A stretch of 38,740 bases of DNA from the NCBI GenBank assembly GCA_945897695.1, contig CAMDGW010000001.1:1-38740 (forward strand), written 5' to 3'. The notes below the pieces were generated by a model. That model searched no databases, was not told where the DNA came from, and worked only from the letters and a program-made list of their open reading frames with translations. The position numbers and the translations under genes are program-made. Positions within the stretch are counted from its first letter, which is position 1. Each line of letters begins with the position of its first letter. Shown here one piece after another: positions 1 through 9,306 of the stretch. The DNA comes from Pseudobacteriovorax antillogorgiicola (GTDB lineage Bacteria; Bdellovibrionota_B; Oligoflexia; Oligoflexales; RGVZ01).

Positions 1-943
1 TTTGAGCTTTATTTGCTAAACGGAACGCACGGCGAAGCACTCGGCGTACAATATAGCCAGAGCCGACGTTGCTTGGAAGAACTCCATCAGCGATGGCAAA
101 CATGGCGGCTTGTATGTGATCGACGATGATTCTTTGCTCGGGAATCGAAAGAGCCGGAGCCTTTTGCTTAACAATGGCCATCGCTTCGTTATAGATCGTT
201 GATTCGTAAACGCTCGAGGATCCGCTTAAAATAGAACAGACGCGTAGCAGCCCCATACCAAAATCAACGTTTGGCTTGGGAAGTTTTACAAACGCTCCAT
301 CCTTCTTTTTTTCATATTCCATGAAGACGTTGTTACATATTTCAACATAACGTCCGCATTTGCAGGCCGGTGAGCACTCAAGATTTTTGAGAGTACAGTG
401 GTCGCGGGTAATGAAAAACGTTTCCGAGTCTGGACCACAGGGACCAGCGCCCCCAACAGGACCCCAGAAGTTATCTTCGCGGCCAAGTTTGAATATGCGT
501 TCTTTAGGAATTCCAAGTTTAAGCCAGGCGTTGTAGCTCACCTCATCAAAAGGGATATCTTTTTCGCCGGCAAACACCGTGCACGCAAGCCGCTCGGGTT
601 TGAATGGCAGTGCTTTTGTAAGAAATTCATAGGTCCACTCAATAGCTTCGGCTTTGAAGTAGTCTCCGAGGCTCCAGTTGCCAAGCATTTCAAAAAAGGT
701 GCAGTGCCAGTCATCTCCGACTTCGTCGATGTCTTGGGTGCGGATACATTTTTGAGCATTCACGAGCCTTTTCCCAGATGGATGGGACGCTCCCATCAAA
801 AAAGGAACCAGTGGATGCATGCCCGCTGTTGTAAATAATACAGTGGGATCATTTTCAGGCTGCAGAGACCCAGACGGAATGTGGGTGTGAGCTTTGCTCT
901 TATAAAATTCAATATATTTGTTGCGCAGGTCGGTGGCATTCAT
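1..943 (-). CDS. alaS: Alanine--tRNA ligase, N-terminal catalytic part; the CDS runs off the left edge of the window
   Basis: Absent from the ORF track because it has no stop in the window. I translated the reverse complement from the ATG at 943-941 and it reads MNATDLRNKYIEFYKSKAHTHIPSGSLQPENDPTVLFTTAGMHPLVPFLMGASHPSGKRLVNAQKCIRTQDIDEVGDDWHCTFFEMLGNWSLGDYFK. These are the conserved class II AlaRS motifs. The frame appears open to position 1. Confidence 0.9.
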   Translation of the reverse strand, partial: MNATDLRNKYIEFYKSKAHTHIPSGSLQPENDPTVLFTTAGMHPLVPFLMGASHPSGKRLVNAQKCIRTQDIDEVGDDWHCTFFEMLGNWSLGDYFKAEAIEWTYEFLTKALPFKPERLACTVFAGEKDIPFDEVSYNAWLKLGIPKERIFKLGREDNFWGPVGGAGPCGPDSETFFITRDHCTLKNLECSPACKCGRYVEICNNVFMEYEKKKDGAFVKLPKPNVDFGMGLLRVCSILSGSSSVYESTIYNEAMAIVKQKAPALSIPEQRIIVDHIQAAMFAIADGVLPSNVGSGYIVRRVLRRAFRLANKAQ

Positions 944-980
944 GGGGGCAACGCTCTCCAAGGTAACGTAGAGTTATGAC

Positions 981-1015
981 AATAAAAAGGGCACAGGACT
1001 TTTGGACCTGTGCCC
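981..1015 (-). terminator. Rho-independent terminator after the FKBP gene
   Basis: 9-bp perfect stem, gggcacagg (989-997) pairing with cctgtgccc (1007-1015). On the minus strand it is followed by TTTTTATT (981-988). It lies 26 nt past the FKBP stop. Confidence 0.75.
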
Positions 1016-1040
1016 TACGGAATATCACAATTACAAGCAA

Positions 1041-1505
1041 TTACTCAACGTTCAGAAGCTCAACTTCAAAAATGAGTGTCGCATTCGGTGGGATGATGTT
1101 TCCAACACCTTTTTCACCGTAGCCAAGATTTGAAGGAATCGTCAGACGACGGCGCTCGCCCACTTTCATGCCCTCAACGCCCTTATCCCAACCTGGAATA
1201 ACCTGGCCTTGACCAAGGGTAAAGGTAAACGGAGCTTTGCGGGTCTCGCTGGAGTCGAACACTTTGCCGTCAGAAAGGCTTCCTGTGTAGTGAACAGTTA
1301 CTTTTTTACCGGTGGCAGCTGCTACGGTGCCAGAACCTTGTTTTAACGTCTCAATTTTTAGGTCCCGGGTATCGATGGTCGTTTGGCCAGCTATCTGACC
1401 GGTAGCCACTTGGGGAGCCTCGTCTTTTTTAGAGCACTTGGTGCAGCCTGTCAGCGCGAGTGCTCCTGCAACAGCGACAACTGATAGAAACTTAATCATA
1501 ATCAT
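1041..1505 (-). CDS. FKBP-type peptidyl-prolyl cis-trans isomerase, predicted lipoprotein
   Basis: Signal peptide with lipobox (ALALTGC). FKBP domain motifs VTVHYTGSLSDGKVFDSS and GQVIPGWDKGVEGMKVGERRRLTIPSNLGYG. Confidence 0.9.
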   Translation of the reverse strand: MIMIKFLSVVAVAGALALTGCTKCSKKDEAPQVATGQIAGQTTIDTRDLKIETLKQGSGTVAAATGKKVTVHYTGSLSDGKVFDSSETRKAPFTFTLGQGQVIPGWDKGVEGMKVGERRRLTIPSNLGYGEKGVGNIIPPNATLIFEVELLNVE

Positions 1506-1582
1506 TCAACTCCGTTTGAAAGTTTGTATCCGAATAATATCAGTAGATATTTTATGTAGTTATCTGCCGCAATGTCCAGTGC

Positions 1583-2533
1583 TTAATGATGGGACAGCTC
1601 GTCGATGGTGTGGGCAATAGCGTCAAAACCCTTCAGGCTTGAACGGTCTGGGTTTAAGAGCGCTGGGCACGTAATATTGACTTCACTGAGCCACCCACCA
1701 ATCATGTCAATTCCGGCAAAAACAACCCCTCGCTTCATCAGAGTTTCGGCCACCCCGGTTGCCACATCGATATCCCTAGCGCTTGGACGGTAACTTTCCA
1801 GGGAGGAACCAGCACGGGTGTTGGCTAAAAATTCACCAGACTTAGGCACCTTCAGGCACCAGGCCAGGGGCTTTCCGGCCACTGTAAAGGCGCGAACTTC
1901 GCCTTGGTAAACGGCCTCATCAAAGGCTTGGACCATGCGAGACTCTTTACCGTTCATGGTTGCTAGGTGCAGCTTTTCGGCAAGTCCACGGTCGTCTTCA
2001 ATATGCTCAACACCCCGCCCCCCATAGAGTCCAAGTGGTTTAATAACAATATTAGAGCCACATTTTTCCCTAGCAAAAGCCATCAGCTCATTGGCGTCAC
2101 TGGACACCATTGAAGGCTTTGTAAATAGGGGGAAATCAAGAATCGACAGCTTTTCATTGATTTCGAGAAGTGCCTTGGGAGCGTTTAGAACGGGGACCAG
2201 ATGGGATACGGAATCCAAAATCCAAAGTGTCCCGATGTAATCAAGGTCATAGGGAGGTTCCCTGCGCATGTGGATGGCCGAAAAGTTTTCAAGCTGAAGG
2301 CGCTTAGGCTTTTCGAGGGTCAACTCCTGAGGTTTTTCTCCAAATTTAGCCTTTTTGGCCAGTGCAAAAGCACCGGAAGGATGGAGAGACCTTGAAAGCT
2401 CTCGTCCCGTACAAAAATAAACATCCTGACCAAGCTCACTTATGGCAAAAGCCATCTTGATGGACGTGTCCCACGCCAAATTTAGGCGTTCAAGTGGGTC
2501 CACCACAAATAAGTGGGATTTTCTGTCTGCCAT
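1583..2533 (-). CDS. gshB: Glutathione synthetase (ATP-grasp, prokaryotic GshB type)
   Basis: Collinear by eye with E. coli GshB along its length: FVVDPLERLN...DTS, MRREPPYD, NEKL, IKPLGLYGGRGV, GEVRAF, LSEVNITCP. Confidence 0.8.
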   Translation of the reverse strand: MADRKSHLFVVDPLERLNLAWDTSIKMAFAISELGQDVYFCTGRELSRSLHPSGAFALAKKAKFGEKPQELTLEKPKRLQLENFSAIHMRREPPYDLDYIGTLWILDSVSHLVPVLNAPKALLEINEKLSILDFPLFTKPSMVSSDANELMAFAREKCGSNIVIKPLGLYGGRGVEHIEDDRGLAEKLHLATMNGKESRMVQAFDEAVYQGEVRAFTVAGKPLAWCLKVPKSGEFLANTRAGSSLESYRPSARDIDVATGVAETLMKRGVVFAGIDMIGGWLSEVNITCPALLNPDRSSLKGFDAIAHTIDELSHH

Positions 2534-2629
2534 GTTGACCCCCTGAGCGCGGTAAGGTATCCGATTATGACGTAAAAAACCGGAACGCCTATTACTTTAT
2601 CATCCCTTGAGGGATCGGAGAAACACACC

Positions 2630-3817
2630 ATGCAACTTCGCAAACTAGAAGATCTAGAGCTGAACGGTAAGAAGGTTTTTCTTAGACTTGATCTGAACGT
2701 GCCAGTTAAAAACGGAGTGATTCAAGACGAGACCCGCATTCGCGAAGCATTACCCACAATCAAGTATATCCTCGAGCGCACAACAAAGCTGACCATAGCT
2801 AGCCACCTAGGGCGCCCCAAAAATGGCGGAAGCACTGCCGATAGCTTAGAGCCAGTCGGCACGCGCCTAAGCGAGCTTCTTGAGCGCGAAGTGGTGCTCT
2901 ATCCGGACTACACCAAGGAGTCATCCATTCAATTGCTCAACTCCCTGGGCAAAAACCAAGTGATGCTGCTAGAAAATCTTCGATTTCACTCTGGTGAGGA
3001 AGCCAATGACTCCGACTTTGCCCATAGCTTGGTTGATGGCTACGACTTTTATGTCAATGACGCCTTTGGCACCTGCCACCGAGCTCACGCCAGCGTCAGT
3101 GCAGCGGCTGAGTTGCTCTCTTCTAGCAAGCGAGCTGCTGGGTACCTGATCCAAAAAGAGATCTCGGCCCTCGGAAGTATCGTCTCTAAGCCTGAGGCGC
3201 CATTTACGGTGATCATGGGCGGCAGTAAGGTGTCTGATAAGATTTCTGTGATCTTAAATCTTCTGAACACCTGTAATCACATGCTTATTGGCGGAGCGAT
3301 GGCCTATACATTCCTTAAATTTAAGGGTGTCGACGTGGGCGCATCCCGTATCGAAGCTGACAAAATGGATTTGGTAGAAACCATCATGAGAAACGCTGAG
3401 GCGCGTAAGGTTCAGATTCACCTGCCTGTGGATCACCTGTGTGCCAAAGAGTTTAGCGAAACGGCAGAAGCAATCCCTGTGGCTGGCGAGTCGATTCCTG
3501 CGGGGCTTATGGGTCTTGATATTGGTCCTCAAACGCAAACGATTTTTTCGCGGGTCATCCGTGATTCAAAAACCGTCCTCTGGAACGGCCCCATGGGTGT
3601 CTTTGAATGGGATAAGTTTGCAAAAGGCACCATGGCCATTGCTGCGGCTATGGCCGATGTCCATGGAAAAACTGTCGTCGGAGGCGGTGACTCGGTTTCT
3701 GCAGTTCAAAAATCTGGATTTGCATCCAAGATGACTCATATTTCCACTGGTGGTGGCGCAAGCTTAGAGTTTCTTGAGGGCAAAATTCTTCCAGGGATTA
3801 AAGTTCTCTTGAAGTGA
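2630..3817 (+). CDS. pgk: Phosphoglycerate kinase
   Basis: Motifs FLRLDLNVP, ASHLGRP, NDAFGTCHRAHAS, VVGGGDSVSAV and STGGGASLEFLEGK. SD ggaga lies 9 nt upstream of the ATG. Confidence 0.97.
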   Translation: MQLRKLEDLELNGKKVFLRLDLNVPVKNGVIQDETRIREALPTIKYILERTTKLTIASHLGRPKNGGSTADSLEPVGTRLSELLEREVVLYPDYTKESSIQLLNSLGKNQVMLLENLRFHSGEEANDSDFAHSLVDGYDFYVNDAFGTCHRAHASVSAAAELLSSSKRAAGYLIQKEISALGSIVSKPEAPFTVIMGGSKVSDKISVILNLLNTCNHMLIGGAMAYTFLKFKGVDVGASRIEADKMDLVETIMRNAEARKVQIHLPVDHLCAKEFSETAEAIPVAGESIPAGLMGLDIGPQTQTIFSRVIRDSKTVLWNGPMGVFEWDKFAKGTMAIAAAMADVHGKTVVGGGDSVSAVQKSGFASKMTHISTGGGASLEFLEGKILPGIKVLLK

Positions 3818-3842
3818 TGATTCATGAAAAGGATGACGACTG

Positions 3843-4625
3843 ATGGCTAGAAAAAAGCTCCTTGCTGGTAACTGGAAAATGCACAAGACGCGTGCGGAAG
3901 CGTCAGAATTTTTTCAATCGTTCACAAAGCTCCTTGGCAACGTCGGCGATGTGACAAGGTCAGTGGAGGTCGGATTTGGCGTGCCGCCCACATTGTTTGA
4001 TACTTGCCTCGCAAAGTCACAAGGGACAGGTGTCAAAATTTTGGCGCAAAACTGTCACTATGAGACCCACGGCGCGTTTACAGGTGAAATTTCGGTGCCC
4101 CAGCTTTTGGATGCTCACCTCCAAGGGTCCATCATTGGCCACAGTGAGCGCCGACAGTATTACAATGAAACCAACGAAGCCGTTGGCAAAAAATGGAATG
4201 TCCTTGTAAAGGCCGGACTTTTGCCGATTGTTTGCGTAGGTGAGACACGACAAGAGCGCGAAGCGGGAAAGACTCTTGATGTGGTCAAAACTCAAATTGA
4301 TGAAGCTTTGAAATTTGTTTCAGATGAAGCCCGATCAAAAGAATTTGTGATAGCGTACGAGCCCGTCTGGGCCATCGGCACAGGACTGACGGCCACACCT
4401 GAGCAAGCTGAAGATGTACACAAGGTGATTCGTGATTTGTTAACGAGAACCTTTGGTGAGGCGCGCTCGTCCACTATTAAAATTCTTTACGGCGGCAGTA
4501 TGAACGCCGCCAACTGCAAAGATCTGTTGTCGAAGCCAAACATCGACGGCGGCCTAGTCGGCGGCGCGTCACTTAAGCCAGAAGATTTTGCGTCGATGGT
4601 CCTAACGGCAAAAGGGCTTTCTTAG
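3843..4625 (+). CDS. tpiA: Triose-phosphate isomerase
   Basis: Motifs AGNWKMH, IIGHSERR, AYEPVWAIGTG and YGGS. Classic pgk-tpiA adjacency. Confidence 0.97.
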   Translation: MARKKLLAGNWKMHKTRAEASEFFQSFTKLLGNVGDVTRSVEVGFGVPPTLFDTCLAKSQGTGVKILAQNCHYETHGAFTGEISVPQLLDAHLQGSIIGHSERRQYYNETNEAVGKKWNVLVKAGLLPIVCVGETRQEREAGKTLDVVKTQIDEALKFVSDEARSKEFVIAYEPVWAIGTGLTATPEQAEDVHKVIRDLLTRTFGEARSSTIKILYGGSMNAANCKDLLSKPNIDGGLVGGASLKPEDFASMVLTAKGLS

Positions 4626-4643
4626 GGTCATTTTTATTCCATT

Positions 4644-4727
4644 TACCCGAGCCAGCAGACTCCGTGGCTTGCCGTTTTAGGGGGGTGCGAGGTCATCACG
4701 GCCTCATGCCTTGCTGGGTAAGTTTTG
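4644..4727 (+). other. GC-rich imperfect nested dyad after tpiA; complex terminator or small structured RNA (unresolved)
   Basis: Outer helix tacccgagc (4644-4652, one bulged g) pairs with gctgggta (4713-4720). Inner helix ccgtg (4662-4666) pairs with cacgg (4697-4701). Followed by aagtttt. No protein, tRNA or SRP-RNA signature recognised. Confidence 0.3.
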
Positions 4728-4790
4728 CTATCATAGAGCTCGCAATTAAAAAGACATCGACTTCAGCGGTGTTTTTATTAGGAGAAAGCC

Positions 4791-5783
4791 ATGAATCTTT
4801 TCATAAGATTATTTTCGCTGGTGTTAGCGGTCATAGTCGCCCTTGTGCCGCAGAGGGCGTCGGCGTGTATTTATTTTAACGCAAAAATAAAGCCAAGCAC
4901 CTTCCAAGAAAATGACCGCGAGGCCTTGTTATTTCATGACGGGGAAGCAGCCAACTTGATTTTAAAAACTGGATTTTCCGGAAAGCTTCCTTCAAAGATT
5001 GCATGGGTCTTTCCGGTGCCAAGTAAGCCTATTGACTATAAAGTGACGTCATTTCGAATTTTTAAAACACTAAATGCCTACATTGAGCCGAACTATGAGG
5101 GACGTTCTCCTGCCGCTCCGAGACTTGGCGCTCTAAAATCAATGAAAAGTGACGGCATCAAGGTACACGAGGCGACTCAAGTTGGTCAGTATGAAATTAT
5201 TCCCATCGAGATCTTATCTGAATCAAGTGGTGGCGAGCTAAATGACTGGCTTAAGAGTCAGGGTTTTAACGCAAGTCCTCCAGAAATTCAAAGACCCTAC
5301 CTTAAAAAAGGTGCATTTTTTCTTGCGATTAGGGCGGACTTGTCAGGGACTATCTCGGAAATTGAGCCTTTGTGGATTCGCTATAAATCAGACCAATTAA
5401 GTTTTCCGCTGCGCTTTACTCACGACTACCGATCCTTCAATCTCAAAGTCTATTTTCTAACGACTCAAGCGAAAATAACATCATTACCAACAGGTCGGGG
5501 TTGGGATGATGCGCCAAAAGGACGAATCGTATTGGATAAACTGGACCGCTTTACGGACTATCCCTACACCGACGCAAATGGAAAGTTTTCGGTGTCTCCA
5601 GGTTATGACAAATTTGAGTCGCTGATGAGTCTATTAATCGAGTTTCGCGATAATCCTGCCGTGGCCAAATTTCTTGATCAAAAAGAATTGGTTCTCAAGA
5701 GAATTATGATCAAAGGCGTGAACTTAGATAAAAATTCAAACGTCCTGCGAACTAAAAATCTGAAATCAGACCCTTCGGATTAG
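4791..5783 (+). CDS. Secreted hypothetical protein, DUF2330-like
   Basis: Signal peptide ending ASA followed by Cys (ASACIYF). IAWVFPVPSKP resembles the DUF2330 FAWVxPVP core as I remember it. SD aggaga lies 6 nt upstream of the ATG. Confidence 0.6.
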   Translation: MNLFIRLFSLVLAVIVALVPQRASACIYFNAKIKPSTFQENDREALLFHDGEAANLILKTGFSGKLPSKIAWVFPVPSKPIDYKVTSFRIFKTLNAYIEPNYEGRSPAAPRLGALKSMKSDGIKVHEATQVGQYEIIPIEILSESSGGELNDWLKSQGFNASPPEIQRPYLKKGAFFLAIRADLSGTISEIEPLWIRYKSDQLSFPLRFTHDYRSFNLKVYFLTTQAKITSLPTGRGWDDAPKGRIVLDKLDRFTDYPYTDANGKFSVSPGYDKFESLMSLLIEFRDNPAVAKFLDQKELVLKRIMIKGVNLDKNSNVLRTKNLKSDPSD

Positions 5784-5844
5784 CTAAGACACACAATAAC
5801 GACGCCGTTAGGTTAACGAACTTAGCAGCGCTTCTTTGCAGCGC

Positions 5845-6567
5845 TCACAAAATACCAAGCGTTGGTTTTGCCTCCTGGTTATGCCAGTTAAGGACTTTAA
5901 GCCGGCTGAGGGTGTCTTTGTACCAGGCAAGATTTGGGAGGTCCTGCTTAAGAAGACTTGTCATGGCGACATCACCACTTCCGTCCCAGCCTGCTGATTT
6001 ACCTATCAGTGATGCTGGCAACGGACAAAACTCACGTAAAACTCCTTCGAGCTTAAACCCACATTTTTCATTAACGCGTTGACTAGCAGTATTTTTAGTA
6101 TCAAATCCACACTGGACGCGAGAAAGCCCCAAGTAACTAAAGCAGTATGCCGTCAAGGCCTTAGTGACTTCGGTACATAATCCTTGGCCTGCAATCGATG
6201 ACCTAACCCAGTAACCAATTTCAAGGCACTGAGGATTTAAAGATCTTGGATGAAGTCCGCAGCCACCTAAAAATTTCTTGCCGTCCGGCGCAAAGATGCC
6301 AAAACCAAAATCCTTCTCAGCCCAATATTTGTGGTGATTTTGGATGATACGCTGCTTCTGTCCGTCAACCGTCTGAGGAAAATGCGACCAGGGCATAAAT
6401 TTTCTTAGGTCCGAAAGACTTTCTTCGACAGCCATTATGATTTCTGGCGCATCCAATAATTCAAGGGGGCGCAAGATGATGTGTTCAAAACCGCTGATTG
6501 ACTGATTCAGAAGTAACTCGATCTTTAATGCTGGAGTGTCGAGTGAGATTTGCTGGTTCTGAGTCAT
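5845..6567 (-). CDS. GNAT family N-acetyltransferase (RimJ/RimL-like)
   Basis: LRPLELLDAPEI... followed by the acetyl-CoA binding region IAGQGLCTEVTKALTAYCF, then ASQRVNEKCGFKLEG. The ORF is open to 6594. I prefer the ATG at 6567 (MTQNQQ) because a GAGG lies 5 nt upstream. Confidence 0.8.
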   Translation of the reverse strand: MTQNQQISLDTPALKIELLLNQSISGFEHIILRPLELLDAPEIIMAVEESLSDLRKFMPWSHFPQTVDGQKQRIIQNHHKYWAEKDFGFGIFAPDGKKFLGGCGLHPRSLNPQCLEIGYWVRSSIAGQGLCTEVTKALTAYCFSYLGLSRVQCGFDTKNTASQRVNEKCGFKLEGVLREFCPLPASLIGKSAGWDGSGDVAMTSLLKQDLPNLAWYKDTLSRLKVLNWHNQEAKPTLGIL

Positions 6568-6690
6568 GAGGGCCTCGCGTCTATGTTTGGGCATTGCAGT
6601 TATAGGTTAATCAGGATCTAATCATGAGAGGATTTTGCAGGCGACTATACTTAGCAAGTTGTTTAAGTATTTTAGGGTTGAGGAGGCTTT

Positions 6691-7791
6691 ATGGCAAGCA
6701 TTGAACCATTTCAAATAACGGTTTTGTCTGGTAAGAAAATTGACTTCAGGTCTTTGCATGCAGGCGATGAAGAAACTTTTTTAAAGTTTCTAGCGCGTAT
6801 CCCCCATGAGTCATTCCACACCAATCAGTATATTGGCATAAAGAAGCTCTCGCCAGACGAGGTGAAGGTTAGGATTGAAAAAATCAAAGCTGATCCAGTC
6901 ACTTTAGATATTGGAGCTTTTGACGGACCCAGGCTCATCGGATTTCTAAATTTTCGCAAAGACTACCCAGATCACCCATGGCAGCAGCACCTCGGACGAT
7001 TTGGTATGATGGTCCTAAAAGACTACTGGGGATTAGGCATTGGAAAGAGACTTCTAGAGACGTTTGAGCCCCATGCTGTGACTTGCGGCATCAAAAAAAT
7101 TGAAGCAGAGGTTCGCGTAGCAAATGAGCGAGGTGTGTCACTTTACAAAAACGCTGGCTATCAAATTGAAGGACGGCGCACGAAAGCGGTCAAAATTGAA
7201 GGAGAATGGGGGGACGAGTATTACATCGCGAAGTTTCTTGATAAAAAAACTCAGCAATGGAATTTACCAACCTTAGAGACAAGTCGTCTAATCTTAAGGC
7301 CTTTAACGATAGCGGACGCTGAAAATATTTACGCTTACGCCAAGAACCCCAATGTCAGCAGATTTACGCTTTGGGAGCCACATGCTTCTGCTAAAGATAG
7401 CCTTTGCTATATCAATGACTATGCATTTAGGTACTACCAAGAAGGAATACCAGAGCCATTTGGCGTTGAGCTTAAAAGTGAACCAGGCCGAGTCATTGGC
7501 ACCGCTGGATGTCGCTGGGTCTCAATGGAAGCCAAATCCATGGAGCTAGCTTACGCGCTAGATGAGCAGTATTGGGGCAAAGGGCTTATGCCTGAGGCAT
7601 GCCAGGCGGTCATAGACTACTGTTTTACTGCATTTTCACTTAAACGAATTCAGGGACGGTGCAAAAAGGAGAATTTGGCCTCAGCCCGAATAATGCAAAA
7701 GATCGGCATGAGTTATGAGGGCACATTAAGTTCGGCTATTTTTCATCGTAACAGGCATTGGGATATGTGTTACTACGCCTTGATAAGGTAA
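6691..7791 (+). CDS. Tandem (double) GNAT-domain acetyltransferase
   Basis: The N-terminal GNAT has WGLGIGKRLLE...NERGVSLYKNAGYQIEG. The second, RimJ/RimL-like GNAT starts at LILRPLTIADAENIYAYA and has WGKGLMPEACQAVIDYCF...ASARIMQKIGMSYEG. Strong SD gaggagg. Confidence 0.8.
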   Translation: MASIEPFQITVLSGKKIDFRSLHAGDEETFLKFLARIPHESFHTNQYIGIKKLSPDEVKVRIEKIKADPVTLDIGAFDGPRLIGFLNFRKDYPDHPWQQHLGRFGMMVLKDYWGLGIGKRLLETFEPHAVTCGIKKIEAEVRVANERGVSLYKNAGYQIEGRRTKAVKIEGEWGDEYYIAKFLDKKTQQWNLPTLETSRLILRPLTIADAENIYAYAKNPNVSRFTLWEPHASAKDSLCYINDYAFRYYQEGIPEPFGVELKSEPGRVIGTAGCRWVSMEAKSMELAYALDEQYWGKGLMPEACQAVIDYCFTAFSLKRIQGRCKKENLASARIMQKIGMSYEGTLSSAIFHRNRHWDMCYYALIR

Positions 7792-7804
7792 AGGGATTTT
7801 CGAA

Positions 7805-9157
7805 TCAAGGGCTAACTACGAGTTGATCCCCTTCCTTCCAAGATTCAAATGCCTGCCAAGCTTTTGCGACTTTTTCTACCTGACGATCTTTTTTTCCTTT
7901 CCCGCGCACCTTAGGTATGGCGGGAAGTAGTCCGAAGTTGGCGTTCATGGGCGAGTAATCACCAAGTGGTCCAATGGTAATGTAATTGACGAGAGATCCA
8001 AGCATCGTGTCAGAGGGAGGATTTGAAAAAGTCTCACCTTTCATTTTTGCAGCCGCGTGGCGGCCAGCAATGAGACCAATGCCAGCGGATTCAGTATAGC
8101 CTTCAACGCCGGTGATTTGGCCGGCAAGAAAGACTCTAGAATTTGACTTAAATGAAAGATCCCTAGCTAATGCGTCAGGGCCTTTGATGTAGGTATTGCG
8201 GTGAACAGATCCAAATCTAAGAAATTCTGCCGTCTCAAGTCCTGGAACCATTTTAAAAACCCGAGCCTGCTCAGGCCACTTCATCTTGGTCTGAAATCCC
8301 ACCATCGAAAACATGGTGGCATCGACGTTTTCTTTTCGGAGTTGAATATTGGCATGAGGCCAGCGTCCAGTCCTCGGGTCCGTAAGCCCTACAGGTTTCA
8401 TGGGGCCAAAGCGTAACGTTTCCCGACCACGTTCAATCATGACTTCAATAGGAAGACAGCTTTCAAAATATTTTACTTCTTCAAACTCATGCAGTGGCAT
8501 TTTTTCGGCTGCGGTGACGGCATCGAGAAAATCATTATATTCTTTTTCGTTCATGGGCAGGTTTAGATAGTCACCACCATCTTCACCTTTTTGCCAGCGA
8601 TCAGCCATAAAGCCCTTCGACATATCGATGGACTCAGCATCAAGCACAGGGGCAATAGCGTCATAAAAATGAAGTCTTTTAGCCCCTCCTGCAAGCTCGA
8701 GAACTTTTTGGGCAAGTTCATCGGACGTGAGGGGTCCAGTGGCAATGATCCAAAGTTCATTATTTTTTATCAGTTCCTCTTCCGAGGGAATCGTTGTCAC
8801 TTCCTCATGAACTCTTGTGAGCAGTCCAGACGATTCGAGGGCTTGTGTGATGGCAGCAGAAAATATTTCACGATTCACCGCCAATGCTTGACCTGCAGGG
8901 ACCCGGGCCTGAAGCCCTGATTTGATCACGAGGCTATCGAGGGCAAGCATTTCACGTTTTAAAAGACCAGGGGCCGAGTCATCGGCCATAGATTTAAGGC
9001 TATTGCTACAGACGAGTTCCGCCAGATCTCCGGTCTGATGGGCGGGCGTCATTTTTACAGGCCGCATCTCATGGAGCGTTACATGAATTCCCTGACGAAT
9101 GACCTGCCAAGCAGCTTCAGATCCGGCAAGGCCTCCTCCAACCACGTGAATTCTCAT
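7805..9157 (-). CDS. trmFO: Methylenetetrahydrofolate--tRNA-(uracil54-C5)-methyltransferase TrmFO
   Basis: Motifs MRIHVVGGGLAGSEAAWQ (FAD fold) and AELVCSNSLKS; length about 450 aa. The ORF is open to 9211, but the ATG at 9157 has SD aagggaga upstream. Confidence 0.9.
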   Translation of the reverse strand: MRIHVVGGGLAGSEAAWQVIRQGIHVTLHEMRPVKMTPAHQTGDLAELVCSNSLKSMADDSAPGLLKREMLALDSLVIKSGLQARVPAGQALAVNREIFSAAITQALESSGLLTRVHEEVTTIPSEEELIKNNELWIIATGPLTSDELAQKVLELAGGAKRLHFYDAIAPVLDAESIDMSKGFMADRWQKGEDGGDYLNLPMNEKEYNDFLDAVTAAEKMPLHEFEEVKYFESCLPIEVMIERGRETLRFGPMKPVGLTDPRTGRWPHANIQLRKENVDATMFSMVGFQTKMKWPEQARVFKMVPGLETAEFLRFGSVHRNTYIKGPDALARDLSFKSNSRVFLAGQITGVEGYTESAGIGLIAGRHAAAKMKGETFSNPPSDTMLGSLVNYITIGPLGDYSPMNANFGLLPAIPKVRGKGKKDRQVEKVAKAWQAFESWKEGDQLVVSP

Positions 9158-9306
9158 GAAATCTCCCTTCACAAAGCCCAAGATGACGTATCTCGTCGGG
9201 CGGTGTATCACATAAAAAATAGGCTTTCAAAACAAAGAGCGCGTTGCTAGGCTCAGCTTGTACAAATTCGAGCTATTATTGTCTTAGACCCAGGGAGCAC
9301 TCCGCA

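Noticed and set aside
398-838. 146-aa plus-strand ORF, plus the small minus-strand ORFs at 286-516 and 538-759
   Set aside because: All lie inside the alaS coding region, which reads cleanly in another minus-strand frame with AlaRS motifs. They are frame or antisense artefacts.
2602-2615. Inverted repeat atccct-tg-agggat just upstream of the pgk SD
   Set aside because: The arms are only 6 bp. Such repeats are expected by chance many times in 38 kb, and no second copy or known operator consensus was recognised.
4664-4879. 71-aa ORF spanning the tpiA-downstream spacer and the DUF2330 gene start; also a test for secG or tRNA-Leu after tpiA
   Set aside because: The ORF overlaps the well-signalled DUF2330 start in another frame and has no SD. 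No SecG-like hydrophobic small ORF is present, and no tRNA T-arm (GGTTCGAATCC-like) or cloverleaf is present.
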